A stretch of DNA of 64,000 bases from a virus (lineage: Duplodnaviria > Caudoviricetes). The notes below the pieces were generated by a model. It was not told the origin of the DNA, did no database searches, and was given only the letters and a program-made list of their open reading frames with translations. Shown here in pieces: positions 9,348-17,475 of this stretch; positions within the stretch are counted from its first letter, which is position 1; the number at the start of each line of letters is the position of its first letter. Made by a program: the position numbers and the translations under genes. The DNA lies in IMG/VR virus record IMGVR_UViG_3300048855_000167, positions 1 to 64,000 of that record; one strand, written 5' to 3'.

Positions 9348-9686
9348 ATGGGGGCGGTACGAGGGAAAGGGTGGACGAGGGAGCGTGACGGCATCCTTCG
9401 TGACCTGGCAGCGAAGGAATTATCCGCGCGCCAGATAGCAACGAAGATGGGGCTCAGTAACGTCCTCGTCTCGAAGCGCATCAAGAAGCTGGGCTTGCGA
9501 GAGGTCACCGAACCCAAGGCGCCACCCCAGCCCAGCCACATCATCAATTACAAGCGAGCGCGCCGCGGCTTCCATGTGCCGGGTCATCTCGAGAACCAAT
9601 ACTTCGACCTGATCAGGTCCGGAGTTTCCATCGCCGAAGCATGCCGGCGGCTGGAAATCAACGTGCATGCGCCAGCACATAGGTGA
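9348..9686 (+). CDS. GcrA-like HTH protein with second C-terminal HTH
   Basis: WTRERDGILRDLAAKELSARQIATKMG resembles the GcrA N-terminus; SGVSIAEACRRLEI. Confidence 0.6.
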   Translation: MGAVRGKGWTRERDGILRDLAAKELSARQIATKMGLSNVLVSKRIKKLGLREVTEPKAPPQPSHIINYKRARRGFHVPGHLENQYFDLIRSGVSIAEACRRLEINVHAPAHR

Positions 9687-9689
9687 GAG

Positions 9690-10178
9690 ATGATGAGTAA
9701 AGACCACAACCAGAAAACGGAACAGGAGCTCCACGAGGAGCGCGTGTTCCTGAATGCGTACACGGATTTGAAGGGCCACAAGTCCGACATGGCGAGTACG
9801 AAGGGCGACATGGGCGCGATCTACAAGCGCCTGAAGGATCTCGGCTGGTCGAAGGCCGACGTCGAGTTCGCTTTTACCCTCGAAGACAAAGACGTCGGCA
9901 AGGTCGTAGCCGAGTTCGAGCGCCGCATCCGCATCGCCAAGATGTTCGGCCACCAGATCGGCCGGCAGATCGATCTTCTCGACAAGGACCGGACGCCGCA
10001 GGACGAGCGCGCCTACGAGGAAGGCCTTGCCGCCGGCAAGCTTCGCAAGAGCGCGAGCAATCCCTATCAGCCTGGCTCGGAAGAATTCCAGCGTTGGCAG
10101 GAAGGCATGAACGAAGGCACCGCCTGGATCAATGCCGAAACTGACAAGGCCGTCAACGGCGAGCAGGCGCCGGACTGA
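9690..10178 (+). CDS. GapR/DUF2312-like protein fused to an RMF-like motif
   Basis: DMASTKGDMGAIYKRLKDLGWSK; C-terminal AYEEGLAAG...NPY...RWQEG. Confidence 0.5.
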   Translation: MMSKDHNQKTEQELHEERVFLNAYTDLKGHKSDMASTKGDMGAIYKRLKDLGWSKADVEFAFTLEDKDVGKVVAEFERRIRIAKMFGHQIGRQIDLLDKDRTPQDERAYEEGLAAGKLRKSASNPYQPGSEEFQRWQEGMNEGTAWINAETDKAVNGEQAPD

Positions 10179-10234
10179 GACCACCTGCAGACCACCGACT
10201 ACCCCGGCAACAATGCCCCAAATGGAGAAAACCA

Positions 10235-10420
10235 ATGGAAAAGACATTCCAATTCGAGCTCGACGACAAGGTCAGGCTCGAGCTCAGCAACGAGACCGGC
10301 ATGATCATCGGCCGCGCCGAATTCACCACCAAAGATCCCCAATACCTCGTTCGTTACAAGGCTGCCGACGGTCGCCTGGTCGAAACGTGGTGGGATGAGG
10401 ACGCGATCCTCGCGGCCTGA
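10235..10420 (+). CDS. Small SH3-like hypothetical protein
   Basis: FELDDKVRL...GMIIGRAEF...YLVRY...ETWWDE; good SD. Confidence 0.7.
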   Translation: MEKTFQFELDDKVRLELSNETGMIIGRAEFTTKDPQYLVRYKAADGRLVETWWDEDAILAA

Positions 10421-10428
10421 CCCGTGTC

Positions 10429-10809
10429 ATGGCCTACCGCCTCTCACGCTACCAGCAAGCAAGGCTGGATGCCGCATTCGCACGAGCTGATCGCGAGTCG
10501 GCGCTGAGGAAGCAGGACGGGCGCTGCAAGTACTGCCTCTGCAAACTCACCTACAAAAACGTCACCCGGGACCACGTTGTTTCCCGGGCGACAGGTGGCC
10601 TCGACCACCGAAACAACATCGTCGCGGCCTGTCTCCGGTGCAACCGGCTCAAGGGGTCGATGTCGGTCAAGCTGTTCTTGCGTCTGATAACTCACCCGCT
10701 GCCAGGCGAGCACTTGGTCTACCGGATGATCTGGTTCGACCGTCGGCTCAACATCGCGCTCGATGAAATGGAAGCAAATGTATTTCGGGCTGTGGGGATT
10801 AAGCGTTGA
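10429..10809 (+). CDS. HNH endonuclease
   Basis: CKYC, TRDHVV, NIVAACLRCNRLKG. Confidence 0.9.
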   Translation: MAYRLSRYQQARLDAAFARADRESALRKQDGRCKYCLCKLTYKNVTRDHVVSRATGGLDHRNNIVAACLRCNRLKGSMSVKLFLRLITHPLPGEHLVYRMIWFDRRLNIALDEMEANVFRAVGIKR

Positions 10810-11378
10810 GCTCCTGGTTTTTCGATCCGCTGTTGCCGCTCTTCTACGAGCTCATCTCGATCGACGCGCCGTGGGGCTTTGATCTCTACAGTGAAGAGGG
10901 CGCTCGCAAGAGCGCTCTCGCGAAATACGACCTGATGACGGACCAGCAAATCCTGGACCTCCCTGTCGGAAAGTTAGCCTCGATGAACTGCCTGCTCTAC
11001 TGCTGGGCTACCGCGCCGCAGCTCCCGCTCGCGATCGAATGCGTGAAGAGGTGGGGCTTCGAATACAAGTCCGTCATGATGTGGCGGAAGACCACCGCTA
11101 AGGGCAAGGTCCGCATGGGGACCGGCTATCGCGTCCGAACCACCGGCGAGCTCGTCGTCGTCGCCACGCTCGGCAACCCAAAGCAGACCTTCATACCGCA
11201 AACAATATTCGACGGCGTAGCGCGCGAGCACAGCCGCAAGCCGGAGGAATTCTATCAGCTCTGCGACCGTGTGATGCCGCATGCCCGCCGGGCCGACGTC
11301 TTCTCCCGGGAGAGGCGCCCGGGGTGGCACAACTTCGGAAACGAGTCCTCGAAATTCAACGTCGAGGTGGCAGCATGA
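10806..11378 (+). CDS. MT-A70 family adenine methyltransferase
   Basis: DAPW (DPPW variant), LYCWAT, WGFEYK, WRK, REHSRKPEEFY. Confidence 0.88.
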   Translation: MSSWFFDPLLPLFYELISIDAPWGFDLYSEEGARKSALAKYDLMTDQQILDLPVGKLASMNCLLYCWATAPQLPLAIECVKRWGFEYKSVMMWRKTTAKGKVRMGTGYRVRTTGELVVVATLGNPKQTFIPQTIFDGVAREHSRKPEEFYQLCDRVMPHARRADVFSRERRPGWHNFGNESSKFNVEVAA

Positions 11379-12019
11379 AAAGCGCGGCCATTTTCCTCTG
11401 CGACACGACCGGGAATATGGCGCGGCCGTGGGCCGAGGCCGGCGTGGAATGCTACTGCGTCGATATCCAGAACGGGTTCAAGCGCAGCAAGGCGATCGGC
11501 AACATCCATTTTGTGTGGGGTGATGTCCGCAGCTGGACGCCCCCGCGCCGCAAGATCCTGTTCGTTGCGGCATTCCCGCCGTGCACGCACGTCGCCAACA
11601 GCGGCAGCCAGCATTTCGAGCAGAAGGGTGGCGTGATGCTGCGCGACGCGCTCGAGGTCTTCGAGGCGTGCCGTATGGCAGCCGCGTGGTCGGGCGCCCC
11701 ATACTGCATCGAGAACCCCAAGGGGTTCCTGTCGAACGTGCCGCACATCGGCAAGCCTGACTACATGTTCCACCCGTGGCAGTTCGCCGGGTTCCACAGC
11801 GCCGATCACTACACCAAGGAAACCCATCTCTGGACCGGCAATGGCTTCGTCATGCCGCTTCACCGGCCTGACTACGAGAACCCGACGCCTCCGGACAATC
11901 GCATCCACCTGGCGGCCGCCTCCGGTGCCCGCGGCGATGCCCGAAGCAAGACGCCGATCGGCTTCTCCCGTGCCGTGTTCGAAGCCAACGCGCCAGCATC
12001 AATCAGGAGAGCAGCATGA
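11375..12019 (+). CDS. Phage DNA cytosine methyltransferase-like protein
   Basis: FPPCT catalytic PC, ENP motif, YTKETHLW. Confidence 0.7.
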   Translation: MKSAAIFLCDTTGNMARPWAEAGVECYCVDIQNGFKRSKAIGNIHFVWGDVRSWTPPRRKILFVAAFPPCTHVANSGSQHFEQKGGVMLRDALEVFEACRMAAAWSGAPYCIENPKGFLSNVPHIGKPDYMFHPWQFAGFHSADHYTKETHLWTGNGFVMPLHRPDYENPTPPDNRIHLAAASGARGDARSKTPIGFSRAVFEANAPASIRRAA

Positions 12020-12615
12020 ACTACGATCCCAAGGGTGCTCCCGGTTCATATTTCGTCTTCGATCCAGGTCGGACCACGGGCTTCGCATATTGCCTCGCCG
12101 GTGGCGAGCGGATGCGGAGCGGCACCTGGCGCTTCAAGCAAGAGTCGCCGGGCGCAGCCTATGCCGAGTTCGTCGGATACCTGAAACGAATGTTGACGGG
12201 TCTGCCAGATCCGCTGGTCGGCATCGAACTGATGACCGTCGTCGACCATGGCGAAAACGGGAAGTCGGCGATCGACGCGCAGCAGGTGATGTTCTCGTCG
12301 GGCTGGCCGACCCATGCGCAGACGCTTTGCCACACTATGGGCCTTCGCGAGCCGCAACTGATCGCCATCTCAACCTGGCGTTCGAAGACGCACCGCAAGA
12401 TGCGGGTGCCGGACAGCATGAAGAATTTCAAGCAGGCCGATAAATCGAAGTGGCTGAAGCAGCAGGCCAAGGACTACTGCGACCGGCAGGGGTGGGGCTA
12501 CAACTCGGAAGACGAGGCGGAAGCGCTCTGCATGCTCGACGCTCTGCGCATGATGCACGAGCCGTCATACGCCTTCGACAAGGGCGCGTCCTACCAGCAG
12601 GAGTCGTTCCTGTGA
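12016..12615 (+). CDS. RuvC-like Holliday junction resolvase
   Basis: FDPGRTTGFAY, VGIE, ISTWRSK, DEAEALCML. Confidence 0.7.
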   Translation: MNYDPKGAPGSYFVFDPGRTTGFAYCLAGGERMRSGTWRFKQESPGAAYAEFVGYLKRMLTGLPDPLVGIELMTVVDHGENGKSAIDAQQVMFSSGWPTHAQTLCHTMGLREPQLIAISTWRSKTHRKMRVPDSMKNFKQADKSKWLKQQAKDYCDRQGWGYNSEDEAEALCMLDALRMMHEPSYAFDKGASYQQESFL

Positions 12616-12938
12616 CCGGTCGCATTCCGTGCATCAACCCCTGCTGCAAGCGCACGGCCTCGGCTGAGAAATACAGCTGCGAGATCATTTGCGGGAAGTG
12701 CTTCCGCAATCTGCCGGTCGAGATGCGCAACACGCACCGCTTCTACTGGCGCCAGCTCCGCAAATGGGAGCGCCGCGTCACCAAGACCACCGACGAACTG
12801 AAGCGCGAGCGCATGAAGTCGGTCCGCGACATGTGGTCGGACAAGATCGCCCGCCATTGGGACGAGCAGATCAAGGCGACCTTCAGCAGCGAGAAGCCCG
12901 AAGGCATCGACGCCTTCCTCGAAGAGATGGGCCTGTAA
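12612..12938 (+). CDS. Cys-rich zinc-binding hypothetical protein
   Basis: GTG start overlapping upstream stop; CINPCC...ICGKC. Confidence 0.65.
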   Translation: MTGRIPCINPCCKRTASAEKYSCEIICGKCFRNLPVEMRNTHRFYWRQLRKWERRVTKTTDELKRERMKSVRDMWSDKIARHWDEQIKATFSSEKPEGIDAFLEEMGL

Positions 12939-14035
12939 TGCGTTTCACAGATCAGTTTCTCGACGACCTCCGCGAGCGCGTCTCAATCTCCGATGTAGTC
13001 GGTACCCGTGTGACATGGGAGCGGGCCAAGACCCGGCCGCAGCGCGGCGACTATTGGGGGTGCTGCCCGTTCCATGGCGAGTCGCGCCCGTCCTTCCACT
13101 GCGAGGATAAGAAGGGCCGGTACCACTGCTTCGGGTGCGGCGCGTCCGGCAACCACTTCAAATTCTTCATGGATCTGGATGGCGTGACGTTCCCGCGCGC
13201 CGTCGAAATCGTGGCCTCGTTGGCTGGCGTCAGCCTACCGGGATCGGAAGAGACTCCAGCTGAAAAGCGGGAGCGCATGAAGCGAGAGGCGGACCGCAAG
13301 CGCCGCAACGAGCAGAAGGAAGCTGACGACCGCCGGGAGCAGGAGCGCAAGGCGGAGTCGGTGCGCTCCATTTGGGAGGGAGGCGTCGCGATCGCCGGCA
13401 CGCTGGCGGAAACATACCTCCGCGCCCGATCGATTGAGGTGGCCGACTTCCCCGCGGGGACAGTCTGGATGCCGAGCCTTCGGTTTCACTCGCGCCTCAA
13501 GTTGGGGAACGAGCGGCATCCGGCGCTGATCGGCGGGGTGCAGAGCAAGAGCCGGAAGCTGGTCGCCGTGTGGCGCATCTTCCTCGGTCCGGACGGCAAG
13601 GCGATCACCGATGACGAAGGCAAGAAGGTGAAGCTCGGCTTCGGTCCGGCGACCGGCGGAGCGGTGCGGCTTGGCCCGGTGACGGAGACGCTGCGCCTCA
13701 CGGAAGGCATCGAGACCGGGCTCGGCGTCATGCTGCTGACCAAGCCGAACGCCTCGACGTGGGCCACGCTTTCCACCTCCGGAATGATGAATTTCGAAAT
13801 TCCCAACGGCGTGAAGCGCCTCGAGATCTACGCGGATGGCGATCGCCACCGCCTCAATAACAAGACGGGCGACCTGATGGAGCCGCCCGGAATCATCGCG
13901 GCGAAGAAACTCCAGGAACGTGCAAGGCAAGAAGGCGTCGAGGCGGTCGTACACCCGTCGCCTGAACCTGACGACTGGCTGGACGTATGGGTTCAAAGGA
14001 AGAAAGATGAGCAACGCATCTCCCACTATCGGTAA
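12938..14035 (+). CDS. DNA primase (CHC2 zinc finger plus Toprim)
   Basis: CCPFHGESRPSF...YHCFGC; LTEGIETG; IYADGD. Confidence 0.9.
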   Translation: MRFTDQFLDDLRERVSISDVVGTRVTWERAKTRPQRGDYWGCCPFHGESRPSFHCEDKKGRYHCFGCGASGNHFKFFMDLDGVTFPRAVEIVASLAGVSLPGSEETPAEKRERMKREADRKRRNEQKEADDRREQERKAESVRSIWEGGVAIAGTLAETYLRARSIEVADFPAGTVWMPSLRFHSRLKLGNERHPALIGGVQSKSRKLVAVWRIFLGPDGKAITDDEGKKVKLGFGPATGGAVRLGPVTETLRLTEGIETGLGVMLLTKPNASTWATLSTSGMMNFEIPNGVKRLEIYADGDRHRLNNKTGDLMEPPGIIAAKKLQERARQEGVEAVVHPSPEPDDWLDVWVQRKKDEQRISHYR

Positions 14036-15422
14036 CCTCAAGCTCGAGCAGTTGGTGCTCGGCTGCATCCTCCTCAACGAGGAGAACTACTGGCACGTCT
14101 CTGAAATTCTGACGATCGAGCTGTTTGCTTCGGAAGACCACCAGAAGATCTTTGCCATCATCCACGAGCTGGCGTGCGACGGCCGCGCTATCCGCGTTCC
14201 GATCGTCGCCGGCCGCATCGGCAGCCTCAGCGAGGACAAAGATCCGGAAGCCTATGTGTCGATGCTGCTGCATGTGGCATCGCGCGAGGAAGGTATCCCG
14301 CTGCAGGACTACGCCTATGAACTGCGCTCGTCGGCGACTAGGCGCAAGGTGATCGCGCTCGCCGAGAGCATGATCAAGACGGCAAACGACCTGAAGTATG
14401 ACCCCGACCAGATCGTCGACCGGGCATCGGAACGCCTGGCTGATATCTCCCGGGCGTCGGCAATCGAGCATGAGTCGACCGTGTCCAGCACCATCGGGCA
14501 GGTGGTGAAGATGGCGGGCGACAGCAGCAGCTCAATGGCAATCCGCCCCTGCCTCAATGGTCTGGAGAAGATGATCGGATCGCTTGCAACAGGCTCTCTT
14601 GTCCTATGGGGCGGGGCGCCAGGGTCCGGCAAGACGGCGATGGCGATGCAGCAGATGCTGTTCTCCAGCGTTATCCATCCGACATCGTTGTTCGAGCTGG
14701 AGATGGATAACCGGTCTCTGGTGGTGCGCTCGGTCGCTGGTGAAACCGGCGTCTCCATGCGCGACATCATGCGCGGCCTGAACGATGACCAGTTCGAGGC
14801 GCTGGTAGCAGCACAGCGCTCGTTCGCGAACCGCAAGCTGAACATCGTTGCCCCGTCGAAGATGACGATCCAACAGATCCGCAGCCGGGCCTATGCGCAC
14901 AAACGAAAGTTCGGCCTGGATCTTCTTGCGGTCGACCACCTGAAGCTGGTGGACCGACCGAGCAAGACGCGCATGGACCCGGTCGAGCGCGCCTATGAAA
15001 ACGCCCGCGACCTCAAGGCCCTCGCGAAGGATCTCAATTGCTGCGTCATCGGGCTCTGCCAGTTCACCAAGGCGGCGCGTCAGAAGGAACAGCCGGAGCC
15101 TGAGATGGAAGACTTCTATGGCGGCTCGCTCGAAGAGCACGCAGACCTGATGCTCGCCAACTTCAATCGAAACGACTGGCATAAGCGCAATCCGCCGATG
15201 ACCAACAAAGGCAACCTAAAGGAGGAATGGGACCGCAAGGTGCAGAGCACGGCGGGAAAGATCGAAGTCTACAAATTGAAGGACCGCTTCGGATCTCCAC
15301 GCGATCGCCACATCTTCGATTGGGATGGGAAGATCACGCAATTCAAGGACCAAGTTTTCGAAACGCAGACCTCGTTCCTCTCGCAGGACGAGCGTGAGTT
15401 CGACCTGGGAGCAACCGCATGA
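14007..15422 (+). CDS. DnaB-like replicative helicase
   Basis: EQLVLGCIL N-domain, GAPGSGKT, FELEM, AVDHLKLV, LCQF, GSLEEHAD. Confidence 0.88.
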   Translation: MSNASPTIGNLKLEQLVLGCILLNEENYWHVSEILTIELFASEDHQKIFAIIHELACDGRAIRVPIVAGRIGSLSEDKDPEAYVSMLLHVASREEGIPLQDYAYELRSSATRRKVIALAESMIKTANDLKYDPDQIVDRASERLADISRASAIEHESTVSSTIGQVVKMAGDSSSSMAIRPCLNGLEKMIGSLATGSLVLWGGAPGSGKTAMAMQQMLFSSVIHPTSLFELEMDNRSLVVRSVAGETGVSMRDIMRGLNDDQFEALVAAQRSFANRKLNIVAPSKMTIQQIRSRAYAHKRKFGLDLLAVDHLKLVDRPSKTRMDPVERAYENARDLKALAKDLNCCVIGLCQFTKAARQKEQPEPEMEDFYGGSLEEHADLMLANFNRNDWHKRNPPMTNKGNLKEEWDRKVQSTAGKIEVYKLKDRFGSPRDRHIFDWDGKITQFKDQVFETQTSFLSQDEREFDLGATA

Positions 15423-15871
15423 ACGACTTTTCTTACGAGCTTGAAACCGTTGCCACCGTCGGCACTTTCGCGAAGCTTCGGACATCGAGGGACGGGGAGC
15501 TCAAGCCCATCCTCGAAAGGGGCGGCCGGCCAAAAATCTACAAGAGCAGGACCGAGGCAATCCAAGATCTGCTCGACCACATCGTCGCCTACGTCAACGG
15601 CCGCCTGGTCCGTGATGGCGAAATAGCCGGCGAGACGGGAGCAGAAGCGGAGTCGGTATTCAAGGCGCCGCTCCGGCAGAAGGGGAAAACACGGGTGATA
15701 ACCGTAGCTTACAAGGGGCGAGGCAATGGGGAAGACAAAGCACAGCGACAGCAGCATCTACGTGGTGTGGGTTCTATGGCTGATCGGGATGTCGGAGAAG
15801 AAGATCGGCCTCGTCGCTTCGAAGGGCGGCAAGCAGGTGGCCGGCATCGTCTCTCGCTCCCCCTACGCTAA
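15419..15871 (+). CDS. Hypothetical protein; 3' end uncertain
   Basis: Coupled to helicase stop; last 146 nt overlap the next gene. Confidence 0.55.
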   Translation: MNDFSYELETVATVGTFAKLRTSRDGELKPILERGGRPKIYKSRTEAIQDLLDHIVAYVNGRLVRDGEIAGETGAEAESVFKAPLRQKGKTRVITVAYKGRGNGEDKAQRQQHLRGVGSMADRDVGEEDRPRRFEGRQAGGRHRLSLPLR

Positions 15872-16031
15872 CCGATCGGCGATGAGTGACGACCAAAGGC
15901 AGAAAGCGCTCGACGAACTGGCATCGGTGCGGATCGGCGAGGACGGGAAGAAGATGGACGGCGGCATCCTCGACCGCATTCCAATGAAGATCATTCCGCT
16001 GCAGGGGCGGCAGCTGAAAAGGAGCAAATGA
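15726..16031 (+). CDS. Hypothetical protein, possible HTH
   Basis: WLIGMSEKKIGLVASKGGKQVAGIV. Confidence 0.6.
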   Translation: MGKTKHSDSSIYVVWVLWLIGMSEKKIGLVASKGGKQVAGIVSRSPYANRSAMSDDQRQKALDELASVRIGEDGKKMDGGILDRIPMKIIPLQGRQLKRSK

Positions 16032-16032
16032 A

Positions 16033-16854
16033 GTGGCTACCGGACAAGGCATTCTCGAAAGACTGAAGCGCGCGAGGGAGATGCCGCCGGCCGACACTAA
16101 GGCCGGAGTCCTTCCGCTCGTCGCCTTCTATGGCCGCGATCCGCAGCAGGAGGAATTGCGCAACCGCTTCTACGCCGCAATGGAACGGGCGATGGCATTC
16201 CGAGAGGACGACTTCCCGGACCAGATGGGCGGCGGAAAGAAACCGCACTGGACATTGGTCGACCTTCGCGATGCGATCGCGGTGGTCAATGCCAATTCCA
16301 GCCCGATCGAGTTCCTGGTATCGCGCGGGGAGATGCAGACGGGCAGGGATCTCGAGGGGATGGGTGGTGTTCGCTTCCACACTGCACTTCGCCTGCGCGA
16401 TCTCATCGACGGGGGCAGGGTGAACGGCATGAAGTCGCCGAACCTCGAGGGTGGCGGCGGAGGGGGCGGCAAGTCGGCCGACATCCGCGGCTATCAGCTC
16501 GACTGCATCAAGCTCCTCGGCCGGGTGAAGGCCGACATGCCGGAGCAATGGATATTCCCCATGCTCGAGTCGGTAGTGTTCATGGATGAATGGATGGACC
16601 TTTGGCCGGTGAACGACGGTCCGGTAGCAAGGAGGGAGGCGCTGAGGAAGCGGCGGCTGAAGACAATTCAGGCCCTCCACTTCGCTCTCGATCGAGCAAG
16701 CCTTAGCCTGGGGTACATGCAGGAGAATGATTTCAGGCAGCGGTGGGGTCTTGACGCACCAGCCCAGCCTTACGCAGCTCGTCGTCATACTCAGGCGTCC
16801 ACGGCTTCAAACCAGCTCGGACTGCTGACATCGCGAGGCGCTCGGAAACGGTGA
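16033..16854 (+). CDS. Candidate late-gene regulator (DUF6456-like)
   Basis: Last gene of rightward operon, at the Q-like position; MKSPNLEGGGGG linker then helical domain. Confidence 0.5.
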   Translation: MATGQGILERLKRAREMPPADTKAGVLPLVAFYGRDPQQEELRNRFYAAMERAMAFREDDFPDQMGGGKKPHWTLVDLRDAIAVVNANSSPIEFLVSRGEMQTGRDLEGMGGVRFHTALRLRDLIDGGRVNGMKSPNLEGGGGGGGKSADIRGYQLDCIKLLGRVKADMPEQWIFPMLESVVFMDEWMDLWPVNDGPVARREALRKRRLKTIQALHFALDRASLSLGYMQENDFRQRWGLDAPAQPYAARRHTQASTASNQLGLLTSRGARKR

Positions 16855-16993
16855 GCTCTCGCTTGCCGGTGGAGATCAGGCTGGCAGTGTTGCTGCCAGT
16901 GATCCCCATCAGCTCCGCGGCCTGGCTGATTTGCCGGCCGTTGAAGCCGAGCCGGGCAACCCATACCCTGAAGTCATTGATTGCAGTCTTCAT
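16733..16993 (-). CDS. XRE-like HTH protein
   Basis: FRVWVARLGFNGRQISQAAELMGITGSNTASLISTGKRE; ATGA-coupled. Confidence 0.65.
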   Translation of the reverse strand: MKTAINDFRVWVARLGFNGRQISQAAELMGITGSNTASLISTGKRELTVSERLAMSAVRAGLKPWTPEYDDELRKAGLVRQDPTAA

Positions 16994-17439
16994 GTTTCCT
17001 CCTGCATGTCCTGAGTAATCTTCTCGGCGACATCGAAGTTGGCCTTGTTCATCGCCAACAGCTTCGCAAGAACGTGGACGGAGTGCGGGATGTCCTGCTC
17101 TCCGTCCAACCATTTCATGACCCTGCTTTGCGGCACGCCGACCAGCTCGGCGAAGTAGGTGGGGGTCGTATTCATCTCGTCAATGAGCACAGCCAGCTCG
17201 GCGCCGGTCAGCCGGATGTAGCCGCCGGCCTTCCTGGTATCGATCGTGCGGCTTTCGTAGAGGCGGATGACCGCCTCCATCGCCGCAATTTCCGCCATCC
17301 GCTCGTCGTCGAAGGTGCGGACGCCGTTGTCGTCTCGTACCAAGTCAGGGATCAGCCCGGGTAAGGCGAACTGGCCGGCGAACCGGCCGTTGCGGGGTAA
17401 TGCCTTGGCTATAAGGCGGGAGGCAGGCTTGATGCTCAT
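16990..17439 (-). CDS. Protein with C-terminal XRE HTH
   Basis: TPTYFAELVGVPQSRVMKWLDGEQDIP. Confidence 0.7.
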   Translation of the reverse strand: MSIKPASRLIAKALPRNGRFAGQFALPGLIPDLVRDDNGVRTFDDERMAEIAAMEAVIRLYESRTIDTRKAGGYIRLTGAELAVLIDEMNTTPTYFAELVGVPQSRVMKWLDGEQDIPHSVHVLAKLLAMNKANFDVAEKITQDMQEET

Positions 17440-17475
17440 GGTGATCCCTGTGTTCTGCAGCATGTCTGCTTTCTC

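Noticed and set aside
15726-15871. 146-nt same-strand overlap as a programmed frameshift
   Set aside because: No slippery heptamer seen; more likely a lost stop codon in the upstream gene
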